DNA of 64,000 nt from Candidatus Eiseniibacteriota bacterium (lineage in GTDB: Bacteria; Eisenbacteria; RBG-16-71-46; CAIMUX01; VGJL01). The notes under the pieces are model-generated. The model saw nothing but the letters and a program-made list of their open reading frames with translations. It had not been told where the DNA came from and searched no databases. The position numbers and the translations under genes were made by a program. Shown here piece by piece: positions 10,019 through 18,810 of the stretch (its first letter is position 1; every line of letters starts with the position of its first letter). The DNA lies in assembly GCA_963792585.1 (NCBI GenBank), contig CAWBWI010000001.1:896001-960000 (forward strand), read 5' to 3'.

Positions 10019-11047
10019 CTACCCCTTCCGTCCGAAGCGTCGCACGGCATCCACGAACGCCTGCGCGTTCTCGACCGGAGTCTCCGGCAGGATGCCATGG
10101 CCGAGGTTCATCACGTGCCCCTTCGCGCCGCGCGCCTCCTCCAGGATCGCGCGCGTGCGTGCCTCGATCGTCTCGATGCTGCCCAGCAGGCAGCCCGGGT
10201 CGAGATTGCCCTGCACGGCGAAGCGGTCGCCGAGGATCTCCCGAGCCCGCGCAAGAGGAATGCGCCAGTCGACGCCGATCATGTCGGCACCTACATCGGC
10301 AATCCGCGCGAGATGGGTCGAGGCTCCCGGAGCGAAGTAGACGGTCGGCACCCCGGCGGCAGCAACTCTCTCCAGAGTCTCCCGCGCATACGGAAGCGCA
10401 AAGGTCCCGAAGTCCCCCAGCGAGAGAACGCCCGCCCAGGAATCGAAGAGCTGGATTGCCTGCGCGCCGGCCTCGATCTGGCGGCGGAGCGAGTGGACGA
10501 CCGCCTCGGTCAGCTTGCGCAGCAGCCGGTGAACCGTTGCCGGATCGCTGAAGAGCATCGCGCGGATCTCCGCCTGGTTTCGCGAGCCTCCCCCGCAGAC
10601 CGCATAGGTCGCGAGGGTGAAAGGCGCACCCGCGAAGCCGATCAGCGGAACCGTTGCGTCGAGTTCGCGACGCAGCATCGCGACCGCGTCGGCGACGCGA
10701 TCGGTCAGATCGCTCTGGTCTCCTGTGCCGAGTCGGTCGACGTCCGCCGAGGAACGAACCGGGTCGGGGATCTCGGGCGCCGGGTGGAAGAGGACTTCCA
10801 TCCCCATCGCGGCGAGCGGCACGAGGATGTCGGAGAAGAGGATCGCAGCGTCCACGCCCAGGCGCTTGACCGGCTGAAGGGTCACTTCCGTCGCGAGCTC
10901 CGGGACAGTGCACATCTCCCAGAACGTGTGTTTCCGGCGCAGCTCCTGGTACTCCGGCAAGTAGCGTCCCGCCTGTCGCATCATCCAGACCGGAGTTCGC
11001 TCGACCGGCTCGCCGCGGCAGGCGCGAAGGAACAGGTCGTTCTTCAT
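10019..11047 (-). CDS. hemE: Uroporphyrinogen decarboxylase
   Basis: PVWMMRQAGRYLPEY, DAAILFSDIL, LIGFAGAPFTLATY, QGNLDP, NLGHGI. Confidence 0.97.
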   Translation of the reverse strand: MKNDLFLRACRGEPVERTPVWMMRQAGRYLPEYQELRRKHTFWEMCTVPELATEVTLQPVKRLGVDAAILFSDILVPLAAMGMEVLFHPAPEIPDPVRSSADVDRLGTGDQSDLTDRVADAVAMLRRELDATVPLIGFAGAPFTLATYAVCGGGSRNQAEIRAMLFSDPATVHRLLRKLTEAVVHSLRRQIEAGAQAIQLFDSWAGVLSLGDFGTFALPYARETLERVAAAGVPTVYFAPGASTHLARIADVGADMIGVDWRIPLARAREILGDRFAVQGNLDPGCLLGSIETIEARTRAILEEARGAKGHVMNLGHGILPETPVENAQAFVDAVRRFGRKG

Positions 11048-12357
11048 CGAGTCTCCCCGAACGCCACGCCCAGCGCCTCCCGGGAAGCCTCCACGATCCC
11101 GTCGATTTCCTCCTCGGTATGGGCCGCGCACAGGAATCCGGCCTCGAACTGCGAGGGGGCGAGGTAGATGCCGCGGTTCAGCATCTCGTGGAAGTAGATG
11201 CCGAATCGCCGTGTGTCCGCGCTCTTGACCTCCTCCCAGTTCGTCAACGGTCCCGTCTTGAAGTAGAGGCAGCCGAGAGACCCGATGCCGATGTAGGTCG
11301 CGGGCGCGCCGAGGTCCCGCAGGTTCTTCTCGACGCCGGCGCGCAGCCGTGCGGCGAGCGCCTCCAGCTTCCCGTAGACGCTTCCATCACGGAGGTGGGC
11401 GAGCATCGCGCGTCCCGCCGCCACCGCGAGCGGGTTGCCCGAAAGCGTGCCTGCCTGATAGACGGGTCCCTCGGGCGCGAGTCTCCGCATGAGATCGCGC
11501 CGGCCGCCGTAGGCGCCGACAGGCAACCCGCCGCCGATCACCTTGCCCAGCGTCGTGAGATCCGGCGTCACTCCGAAGCGCTCTTGGGCCCCACCGTAAG
11601 CCAGTCGGAATCCGGTGATGACCTCATCGAAGATCAGGAGCGATCCCTCGCGGTCGCAGATCGAGCGCAGCCCCTCCAGGAATCCCGGCTCCGGCAGGAC
11701 GCAGCCCATGTTCGCCGCCACTGGCTCGACGATGATCGCCGCGAGCTTGCCCGGATAGGCGGCGAAAGCGGCCGCGACCGCTTCGAGGTCGTTGTACGGG
11801 ACATTCAACGTGTCCCTCGCCGTTCCCGCCGTCACGCCGGGAGAGCTCGGATTACCAAAGGTCGCCGCTCCCGAGCCGGCCTCGATCAGGAAGCTGTCTC
11901 CGTGGCCGTGATAACATCCCGCGAATTTCAGGATGACGTCGCGGCCGGTCGCCCCGCGGGCGAGCCGCACCGCGCTCATCGTCGCCTCCGTCCCCGAGCT
12001 GACGAGGCGCACCGATTCGATCGAAGGCACCGCCGCGACGATCTCCTCGGCCAGCGCGACCTCTCCCTCGGTCGGCGCGCCGAAGCTCGTCCCCTTCTCC
12101 GCCGCCCGAGCGACCGCCTCGAGAATGGCGGGGTGCGCATGCCCCAGGATCAGGGGACCCCACGACCCGACGAGGTCGATGTATTCGCTTCCGTCCACGT
12201 CCCAGATCCTCGATCCCGCGCCGCGGGCGACGAAGACCGGCCCGCCCCCCACGGCGCGGAACGCGCGCACGGGCGAGTTCACGCCGCCCGGGATCACCTC
12301 CGCGGCGCGCGCGAAGAGCGCGCCGCTATGCTCTCGGCCCCCGCTCAGCGCAGCCAC
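11044..12357 (-). CDS. hemL: Glutamate-1-semialdehyde 2,1-aminomutase
   Basis: [60 protein letters not shown] start inferred. Confidence 0.96.
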   Translation of the reverse strand: MAALSGGREHSGALFARAAEVIPGGVNSPVRAFRAVGGGPVFVARGAGSRIWDVDGSEYIDLVGSWGPLILGHAHPAILEAVARAAEKGTSFGAPTEGEVALAEEIVAAVPSIESVRLVSSGTEATMSAVRLARGATGRDVILKFAGCYHGHGDSFLIEAGSGAATFGNPSSPGVTAGTARDTLNVPYNDLEAVAAAFAAYPGKLAAIIVEPVAANMGCVLPEPGFLEGLRSICDREGSLLIFDEVITGFRLAYGGAQERFGVTPDLTTLGKVIGGGLPVGAYGGRRDLMRRLAPEGPVYQAGTLSGNPLAVAAGRAMLAHLRDGSVYGKLEALAARLRAGVEKNLRDLGAPATYIGIGSLGCLYFKTGPLTNWEEVKSADTRRFGIYFHEMLNRGIYLAPSQFEAGFLCAAHTEEEIDGIVEASREALGVAFGETR

Positions 12358-13316
12358 CGCGCGGCCTCCTTCGCGTGGTAGGTCAGGATCAGATCGGCTC
12401 CGGCGCGGCGCATCGACGTGAGCGTCTCGAGAACGATCCGCTCTCGATCGATCCACCCACGTTCCGCCGCGGCGCACACCATCGCGTATTCCCCGGAGAC
12501 GTTGTAGGCCGCGATCGGGGCGTCGAACTCCTCGCGCACCGCCCGGATCACGTCGAGGTAGGCGAGCGCCGGCTTGACCATGACGATATCGGCCCCCTCG
12601 TCGAGGTCGAGAGCGACCTCGTGGAGCGCCTCACGCACGTTGGCCGGATCCATCTGATACCCCCGGCGATCCCCAAACTGCGGCGTGGATCCCGCAGCCT
12701 CGCGGAAAGGACCGTAGTACGCCGACGCGTACTTCGCGGCGTAGGAGCAAATCACGGTGTCCGAGCAGTCCGCTTCGTCGAGGGTCTCGCGGATCGCCTC
12801 CACCCTACCGTCCATCATGTCGCTCGGCGCGATCACGTCCGCGCCGGCCCGCGCATAGGCCCCCGCCGCCCGCGCGAGCAGGGGAAGCGTCGCGTCGTTG
12901 TCCACGGTATCGCCACGCAGCACCCCGCAATGCCCATGGTCGGTGTACTCGCAGAGGCAGACGTCCGCCCAGACGGACAGGTCCGGCACCGCCGACTTCA
13001 CCGCGGTGATCGCGCGCGGGATGATGCCGTCGGTCGCATAGGCCTCCGACCCGACCGCGTCCTTCCTGTCGGGGATACCGAAGAGGATCACGCCGGGGAT
13101 CCCGAGCCCGCGCACCTCCTTGCACTCCTCGATCAGAAGATCGACGGAGAGCCGCTCCACCCCGGGCATCGCCTCGATCGGCAGTCGAACGCCCGATCCG
13201 TGGCAAACGAACAAGGGGAGGATCAGATCCTCGGCGTCGAGACGCGTCTCCCTCACCATCCGGCGCATCGTATCCGTGCGTCGCAATCTTCTCGGACGGG
13301 AAACCGGGAAGCTCAT
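12345..13316 (-). CDS. hemB: Porphobilinogen synthase (Zn-dependent ALAD)
   Basis: [52 protein letters not shown]. Confidence 0.97.
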   Translation of the reverse strand: MSFPVSRPRRLRRTDTMRRMVRETRLDAEDLILPLFVCHGSGVRLPIEAMPGVERLSVDLLIEECKEVRGLGIPGVILFGIPDRKDAVGSEAYATDGIIPRAITAVKSAVPDLSVWADVCLCEYTDHGHCGVLRGDTVDNDATLPLLARAAGAYARAGADVIAPSDMMDGRVEAIRETLDEADCSDTVICSYAAKYASAYYGPFREAAGSTPQFGDRRGYQMDPANVREALHEVALDLDEGADIVMVKPALAYLDVIRAVREEFDAPIAAYNVSGEYAMVCAAAERGWIDRERIVLETLTSMRRAGADLILTYHAKEAARWLR

Positions 13317-14743
13317 TGGGCTGCTCCTATCGATGGGACTTCCATCTTGTGGGGGCACGGGGATGGGATGCAGGCGTCGGCCAGCGCACTCATCGACGCT
13401 CCGAATGCCTCGGCGTCGGGAACGATTCCCAAGGCGCGAAGCGCCTTGCTCGTTGTCGGACCCATGGAGACGACGCGAATCTGGCGGGCCCCGTTCCCGA
13501 GGACCTCGATCCCGAAGCGCTCGGCGAACGCGCGGGCCGCCGATGCGCTCGCAAAGGTCACCGCGCAGATCGTGCCCGCGCGAAGCTCCTCGAGGATCTC
13601 GCGGGGCGCACTGGAGACCGCGAGAGTCCGGTATGCGATCCGCTCGTCGACGCGCGCACCCGCCGCCCGCAGCGCATCGGACAACTCCCTGCCGCCCTCT
13701 TCGGCACGCGGCAGCAGAACGCGCTTGCCCTTCAACTCCTCGAGCGCTGCAAGGGCCGCGGCCAAGCCCGTTCCCGTCGACTCCTCCGCGATCAGATCGA
13801 CACGCCCGAAGCATTCGATCGCGCGCCGGGCGGTCCCGGGACCGACCGCGGCCAGCCGCGTCGACATGGGCAAGGGGCCATCCGCGCCCCGCGCCCGCGC
13901 GAAGGCGTCGACCCCCCGAGCGCTCGTGAAGAGGATCCACCGGTAGCGCGAGACTTCCGACGCCGCCTTGCGAAGCGGGGTCGGATCCTTGGGCGGCTCC
14001 GTCCGCACGAGCGGGCAACGAACAGGCACCCCGCCAAGTGCCGCGATGGCACGCGAAAGGCCCCCGTCCGGCTCTTCTTCGCGCGTGACGAGAATCCTCT
14101 GCCCCGCGAGCGGGGCCGCCTCCGGCGATTTCGGGACACTCAGGCTCCGGCTGATGAAATCGAAGAGCGCCTCGGGCTCCGGCCGGCCGCGGGCGGGACC
14201 GTGTCCGTCCTCGATGCAGCGCAGGGCGGCTCCTTCAAGGCATCCGAAGATCAGATCGGTGGCGAACTCGGGCTCGAGAGGACGGAAGGTCCCGTCCTGA
14301 ACCCCCCGTGCCAGAACGTCCCGGAGGAGCTGACGGAGGTCGTTGCGCAGCGCATCGAGTTCCCGCGGCGCCCCGAGCGCCGGGCACGAGCGTTCCTTGC
14401 GCAGGATTCGGAAGAAGTCGGGGTACTTCACGAGGAACATGAGGGAGTGGACGACGATCTTGCGCAAGCGGACCCGGGCCGATTCTTCCTCCTCGAACAG
14501 ATCGTGAAGGGCGGCGAGGAGGCTGTCCATCCGCGCCGTGATGATCGAGAAGTAGAGGTCCTCCTTGGACTGGAAATGATTGTAGAGCGTTCCCTTCGCC
14601 ACGTGTGCGTGGGCCGCGACTTCCTCCATGGTGACCCGGGATAGCTCTCGCCCCGCGAAGAGAGGCGCCGCTGCATCGAGGATCCGGGCCCTCTTGCCCC
14701 TCGTTCGCCCTCCCCTGGCGGGGGGCTGGACGGTCTCGTTCAC
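13313..14743 (-). CDS. hemD: TetR-family regulator / uroporphyrinogen-III synthase fusion
   Basis: N-terminal TetR HTH ([36 protein letters not shown]) plus TetR C-domain, linker, then HemD ([45 protein letters not shown]). GTG start with GGGGGAG RBS overlaps the hemC stop. Confidence 0.88.
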   Translation of the reverse strand: MNETVQPPARGGRTRGKRARILDAAAPLFAGRELSRVTMEEVAAHAHVAKGTLYNHFQSKEDLYFSIITARMDSLLAALHDLFEEEESARVRLRKIVVHSLMFLVKYPDFFRILRKERSCPALGAPRELDALRNDLRQLLRDVLARGVQDGTFRPLEPEFATDLIFGCLEGAALRCIEDGHGPARGRPEPEALFDFISRSLSVPKSPEAAPLAGQRILVTREEEPDGGLSRAIAALGGVPVRCPLVRTEPPKDPTPLRKAASEVSRYRWILFTSARGVDAFARARGADGPLPMSTRLAAVGPGTARRAIECFGRVDLIAEESTGTGLAAALAALEELKGKRVLLPRAEEGGRELSDALRAAGARVDERIAYRTLAVSSAPREILEELRAGTICAVTFASASAARAFAERFGIEVLGNGARQIRVVSMGPTTSKALRALGIVPDAEAFGASMSALADACIPSPCPHKMEVPSIGAAQ

Positions 14744-15693
14744 GGTGCTCCCCCCTCGGCGCCGGCGGCGCGAACGGATTCGAGGATCGCTCCCGCGCCA
14801 CTCTGGATCAGCTCGGCCGCAAGCTGCGCCCCGATGTCGTCCGCCTCTTCGATTCGCCCGGCCTTCCGCCCGCGCAGCAATGTGCGTCCTCCGGGGTCGG
14901 CCACCATTCCATCCAGGTCGAGCCACGCCGCATCCCCGGCGCGCGGCCGCGCGTGCGCCCCCACGGGCACCTGACAACCACCGCCCAGGGCATGCAGAAA
15001 CCCTCGCTCCGCGTCGGTCGCGGCCCGCGTCGTGGAATCCTCCAGTCGCGAGAGGAGGTCCGCCATCCGGGCATCGCAATTTCGGATCTCGACTCCCAAC
15101 GCGCCCTGCCCCGGCGCGGGAAGCAGCAGCTCGATGGAGAGGACCTCGCTCACCGACTCGAGCAGGCCGAGTCGCTCCAGCCCCGCCCGGGCGAGGATCA
15201 CCCCGTCGAACTCCCCCGAGATCCCCTTGCGTACGCGCGTGGGAACGTTGCCGCGCAGCGTCTCGACCCTCAGGTCGGGCCGTGCGTGGAGCAGCTGCGC
15301 CTGACGCCGGAGGCTCGAGGTGCCGATGCGCGCCCCGGCCGGGAGTGCCGCGAACCGTTCCCCGTGGGCAGAGATCAAGGCATCCCTCGGATCGGTCCGC
15401 GAGAGGACCGCCCCGAGTCTGAGCCCATCGGGGAGCTCGGTCGGCAGATCCTTCAGGCTGTGCACGGCGAGATCGCACCGACCATCGAGAAGGGCCTCCT
15501 CGATCTCCTTCGTGAAGAGCCCCTTGCCACCGATCTTCGCGAGTGGCGCGTCCAGGATCCGATCCCCCGTCGTCGAGATGATCGTGATCTCGACGACACA
15601 CCCCGGCTCAATGGAGCGGAGCAGATCGGCCACGTGCTCGGCCTGCCAGCGGGCGAGGTCGCTTCCCCGAGAGCCGATCCTAAGCGCCGTCAT
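14740..15693 (-). CDS. hemC: Hydroxymethylbilane synthase
   Basis: IGSRGSDLARWQ, GGKGLFTKE, AVHSLKDLP, GTSSLRR, RGNV, GGGCQVP. Confidence 0.97.
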   Translation of the reverse strand: MTALRIGSRGSDLARWQAEHVADLLRSIEPGCVVEITIISTTGDRILDAPLAKIGGKGLFTKEIEEALLDGRCDLAVHSLKDLPTELPDGLRLGAVLSRTDPRDALISAHGERFAALPAGARIGTSSLRRQAQLLHARPDLRVETLRGNVPTRVRKGISGEFDGVILARAGLERLGLLESVSEVLSIELLLPAPGQGALGVEIRNCDARMADLLSRLEDSTTRAATDAERGFLHALGGGCQVPVGAHARPRAGDAAWLDLDGMVADPGGRTLLRGRKAGRIEEADDIGAQLAAELIQSGAGAILESVRAAGAEGGAP

Positions 15694-16960
15694 CGTCGCG
15701 ATCCTCCGATAGCCCGAAGAGGCGTCGAACGGTGTCGAGCCGACCGAGCATTCCAGAGCCGTGCCGCTGGAAGCTCTTGATATTGACGGTCGGATCGTGG
15801 AGCAGCTTGTTGACGATCCCCTTCGTCAGCGCCTCGATCTGCTCCCGGTCCTTTTCGCAGAGCTTGCGCCCGTACTTTTCCACCTCGAGCGCGCGGACAT
15901 TCTCGAATCGCTCGCGCAGCTCCCGGATCAGCGGGGCGACCTCGAGCGCGCCGTACCATTTGAGGAAATGGTCCAGCTCCTCGTGGATGATCGCTTCGAC
16001 CTTCGGGATCTCGCGACCGCGCCGTTCGAGGTTCGCCTTCACCAACCCTTCGAGGGCATCGATGTCGTAGAGGAAGACGTTTTCGAGCTTCGCCACGGAG
16101 GGCTCGACGTCGCGAGGGACCGCGAGGTCGATGAACAGGAGGGTCCGGCCACCGCGAGAGGCGAAGACCCGACGAACCATCTCCTGCCGGATAACCGGCT
16201 CGGGCGACGCGGTTGCGGTGACGACGATGTGGGCCCCGGCCATGGCCTTCTCGATCTGGTCGAACGGCACCGCCCGCCCCCCCAGATCCGCGGCCAGTTC
16301 CATCGCCTTCTCGTGGGTGCGGTTGACCACGACGATCTGGCCGACCCCTTCCTCCTTCAGGTGGAGCGCGGCCAGGCGGCCGGTCTCCCCGGCGCCGATC
16401 AACAATGCCGTTCGTTGCCCCATGTCGGAGAAGATGCGCGAGGCGAGCGAGACTCCGGCGTAGCTGACCGAGACGGCGCCGACGCCGACCTCGGTCTCGC
16501 TGCGGACGCGCTTGCCGACGCGAAACGCGGCATCGAGAAGTCGCTGCATCAGGGGTCCGGCGGTCCCGGCCCGCCGAGCGATCTCGAAGGCCTCGTGGAC
16601 CTGGCCGAGGATCTGGACCTCGCCGACGATCATCGAGTCGATCGAGCTGGCGACGCGGAAGAGGTGGGACACCATCTCCCGCCCCGAGTGGGTATAAAGG
16701 GTGCCGTCGGTCTCTCCGAGATCGAGCCCCCGGTGCGATCGCACCATCTCGAGGAACTGCTCTCGTCCGAGGTCCGTCGTGTCGGCGAGAGCGTAGAGCT
16801 CGGTTCGATTGCAGGTGGAGAGCAGCAACCGCTCGGGCATCGCGTCGGGCGTGCCGGCGCGACGCAGGAGTTCCTCCGCTTCCCCGCCGGCGAAGGCGAG
16901 CCGTTCCCGCAGCGAGAGCGGGGCGGTCCGGTGGCTCAGGCCAACGACGACGAGATCCAT
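15680..16960 (-). CDS. hemA: Glutamyl-tRNA reductase
   Basis: GLSHRTAP, LSTCNRTE, DSMIVGEVQILGQ, IGAGETG, DLAVPRDV, KLLHDP. Confidence 0.97.
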   Translation of the reverse strand: MDLVVVGLSHRTAPLSLRERLAFAGGEAEELLRRAGTPDAMPERLLLSTCNRTELYALADTTDLGREQFLEMVRSHRGLDLGETDGTLYTHSGREMVSHLFRVASSIDSMIVGEVQILGQVHEAFEIARRAGTAGPLMQRLLDAAFRVGKRVRSETEVGVGAVSVSYAGVSLASRIFSDMGQRTALLIGAGETGRLAALHLKEEGVGQIVVVNRTHEKAMELAADLGGRAVPFDQIEKAMAGAHIVVTATASPEPVIRQEMVRRVFASRGGRTLLFIDLAVPRDVEPSVAKLENVFLYDIDALEGLVKANLERRGREIPKVEAIIHEELDHFLKWYGALEVAPLIRELRERFENVRALEVEKYGRKLCEKDREQIEALTKGIVNKLLHDPTVNIKSFQRHGSGMLGRLDTVRRLFGLSEDRDDDGA

Positions 16961-17787
16961 GCCAGTCCCGCGAAACGGTGGAACGAGTGGATGAAGAAGT
17001 TCAGGGCGACGAGCGCCAACCCCATCAGGAGAAAACCCCCGATCGAGAGGTAGACCGTGCGGTGGCCGCGCCATCCGAGGAGATAGTGCGCGACCAGACA
17101 GATGGCATAGATGATCCACACGAAGACGGTCGTCAGGAACATCGGGTCGGTCATGAAGCTGGGATAGAGCCGCAAGGCCCACCGGATGCCGACCGGAATC
17201 GCGATCGTCAAGGCCGCGAACCCGAAGGCGGCTGCCCGGATGTTCATCTTCGCGAGGACCTCGAGCGGAGGAAGCTTCCGGTAGACCAACCCGAAGCGAT
17301 TCGCCTTCAGCTCGTTGTACAGAAGCAGGAAGAGGAAGCCGTAGATCGCCGATACCGCGAACGCCGAGTATCCGAGGATGGCGCTAAGCGTGTGCAACCC
17401 GAAGAGGGGCTCTCGCAGCAGCGGCTTGACTTCCCCGGCGAGCGCGATGCGCCCCGACGAGGCGAACTGCAGGAGCGCCGAGAAGCCGACCAGGAAGAGA
17501 CCGGTCATGACATTGCGCGTGCGTGTCTCGACGTAGCCGTACGCGGCAGCAGTGGAAAAGGCGATCACCGTCAGAATCTCCGGCGCGGTCGCCAGTGGAA
17601 TCCTCTTGTGGAAGAGGATGAACGTGGTCAGAAACGCGAGGTGGGTCACAAGGGTGATGAGGAAGACAGGTCGGGCATAGGGTGAGTAGCGGTCCCCGCG
17701 GCCGAAGAAGCGCATGCCGTAGAGGACGACGCTCAAGACGTAGAGCGTCGGCACCGCACAACGAAGGACCGGGAGCAGATGGCTCAT
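16936..17787 (-). CDS. HemX/CcsA-like membrane protein (cytochrome c assembly family)
   Basis: About 8 TMs, 'LHT', KLPPLEVL, degenerate WWD region (IRWA..TDP), GWRG, C-terminal SFHRF; first gene of the hem operon. Confidence 0.8.
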   Translation of the reverse strand: MSHLLPVLRCAVPTLYVLSVVLYGMRFFGRGDRYSPYARPVFLITLVTHLAFLTTFILFHKRIPLATAPEILTVIAFSTAAAYGYVETRTRNVMTGLFLVGFSALLQFASSGRIALAGEVKPLLREPLFGLHTLSAILGYSAFAVSAIYGFLFLLLYNELKANRFGLVYRKLPPLEVLAKMNIRAAAFGFAALTIAIPVGIRWALRLYPSFMTDPMFLTTVFVWIIYAICLVAHYLLGWRGHRTVYLSIGGFLLMGLALVALNFFIHSFHRFAGLAWISSSLA

Positions 17788-17827
17788 TCGATAGGCGCCT
17801 GGCCGTCGGGGGGAACCCGACCCTTTC

Positions 17828-17847
17828 TGAACTGACCAGTCAGTTCA
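17828..17847. promoter_or_regulatory. Perfect palindromic operator, candidate TetR site
   Basis: TGAACTGAC-CA-GTCAGTTCA, 40 bp upstream of the first hem operon start codon. Confidence 0.75.
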
Positions 17848-17854
17848 ATAATGC

Positions 17855-17883
17855 AGGCTAACCCACCAAGGTGACCCGGTCAA
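17855..17883 (-). promoter_or_regulatory. Putative sigma70 promoter of the hem operon
   Basis: Minus strand TTGACC-N17-TAGCCT. Confidence 0.6.
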
Positions 17884-17889
17884 GCCTCT

Positions 17890-18711
17890 CTAATCCGTCG
17901 GGGGATCCCCCTCGGCATCCAGGTCGAGGTCTCCCTGACTGGGGCGATCCCTCCGGTTGAGCCAGAGAGCCGGCTCTTCCCGTTCCAGGAAGGCCTGGGT
18001 CAGGGACCCGAAGTCCTCCGCCCCCGTGCTGGTCGGGGCCGTCACCTGGATGGGAGCATGGAAGCCCCCCGCCTCGGCCAGGCGCGCGTTCTCACGGATC
18101 GGCCCCAGGACGAACGCCCCGTACTTTTCGCGCAATGCCGTTTCGAGTCGATTGCTCAAGCGCGTATGGACCGTCCGGTTGGGAATGATCCCGATCGTGC
18201 GCAGGCGCGGATTCCGATGTCGTTTGACCTGATCGACCACGTCCATCAACAGGTCCATCACCGCGACATCCAGCTCCCGCGTGGAGACCGGAATCAGCAC
18301 GCCGTCCGCGCAGGAGAGGGTCGCCACAAGCAGCGATCCCCACGTCGGTGGTGTGTCGACGAAGAGGTAGTCCACGTCCGGTGGGACCTGACCGATCAGG
18401 TGGGCGAGCCTGTCCCGCGTGGGATGCGTCCCGTTGTCGAACGGCGCTAGCAATCGACTGCTGGGAGCGATGCGGAGCCCACTGACGAGCGTTGATAGGA
18501 GCACGTCCGTGAGCCTCTTCTCTCCCGAGAGCGTGTCCGCCATGTTGCCATTCGAGGATCGGGGCAGAAGGTGGAAGGTGCTCGATGCCTGCGGGTCGAG
18601 GTCCATCAGGATGACCTTGCGACCCGTCAATGCGATACCGGCGGCGAGATTCACGGCGATGGTCGTCTTGCCGGAGCCACCCTTAATGTTAGCAACAGCA
18701 TACGTTCTCAT
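17890..18711 (-). CDS. ParA/Soj family ATPase (orphan)
   Basis: Deviant Walker A KGGSGKTT, DLDPQ, DTPP, IREN..LAEA. Confidence 0.88.
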   Translation of the reverse strand: MRTYAVANIKGGSGKTTIAVNLAAGIALTGRKVILMDLDPQASSTFHLLPRSSNGNMADTLSGEKRLTDVLLSTLVSGLRIAPSSRLLAPFDNGTHPTRDRLAHLIGQVPPDVDYLFVDTPPTWGSLLVATLSCADGVLIPVSTRELDVAVMDLLMDVVDQVKRHRNPRLRTIGIIPNRTVHTRLSNRLETALREKYGAFVLGPIRENARLAEAGGFHAPIQVTAPTSTGAEDFGSLTQAFLEREEPALWLNRRDRPSQGDLDLDAEGDPPTD

Positions 18712-18810
18712 GGGTCTCCCGATTTTGCCGGTCAGGATAAAACCGGCCGTGAGCATAACCCATGGAACGACCGTCTGCTAGGCCGGATTTCGCCCTCCGC
18801 GGCGACGGGT

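Noticed and set aside
8522..11167. Long antisense ORFs (also 34926-36872, 54303-57368 and many others)
   Set aside because: Shadow ORFs expected at high GC opposite genuine genes; they show no recognisable motifs.
13313..15601. 762-aa version of the TetR-HemD ORF
   Set aside because: The N-terminal extension is an off-frame overlap of hemC. The real start is the GTG at 14743 with an RBS.
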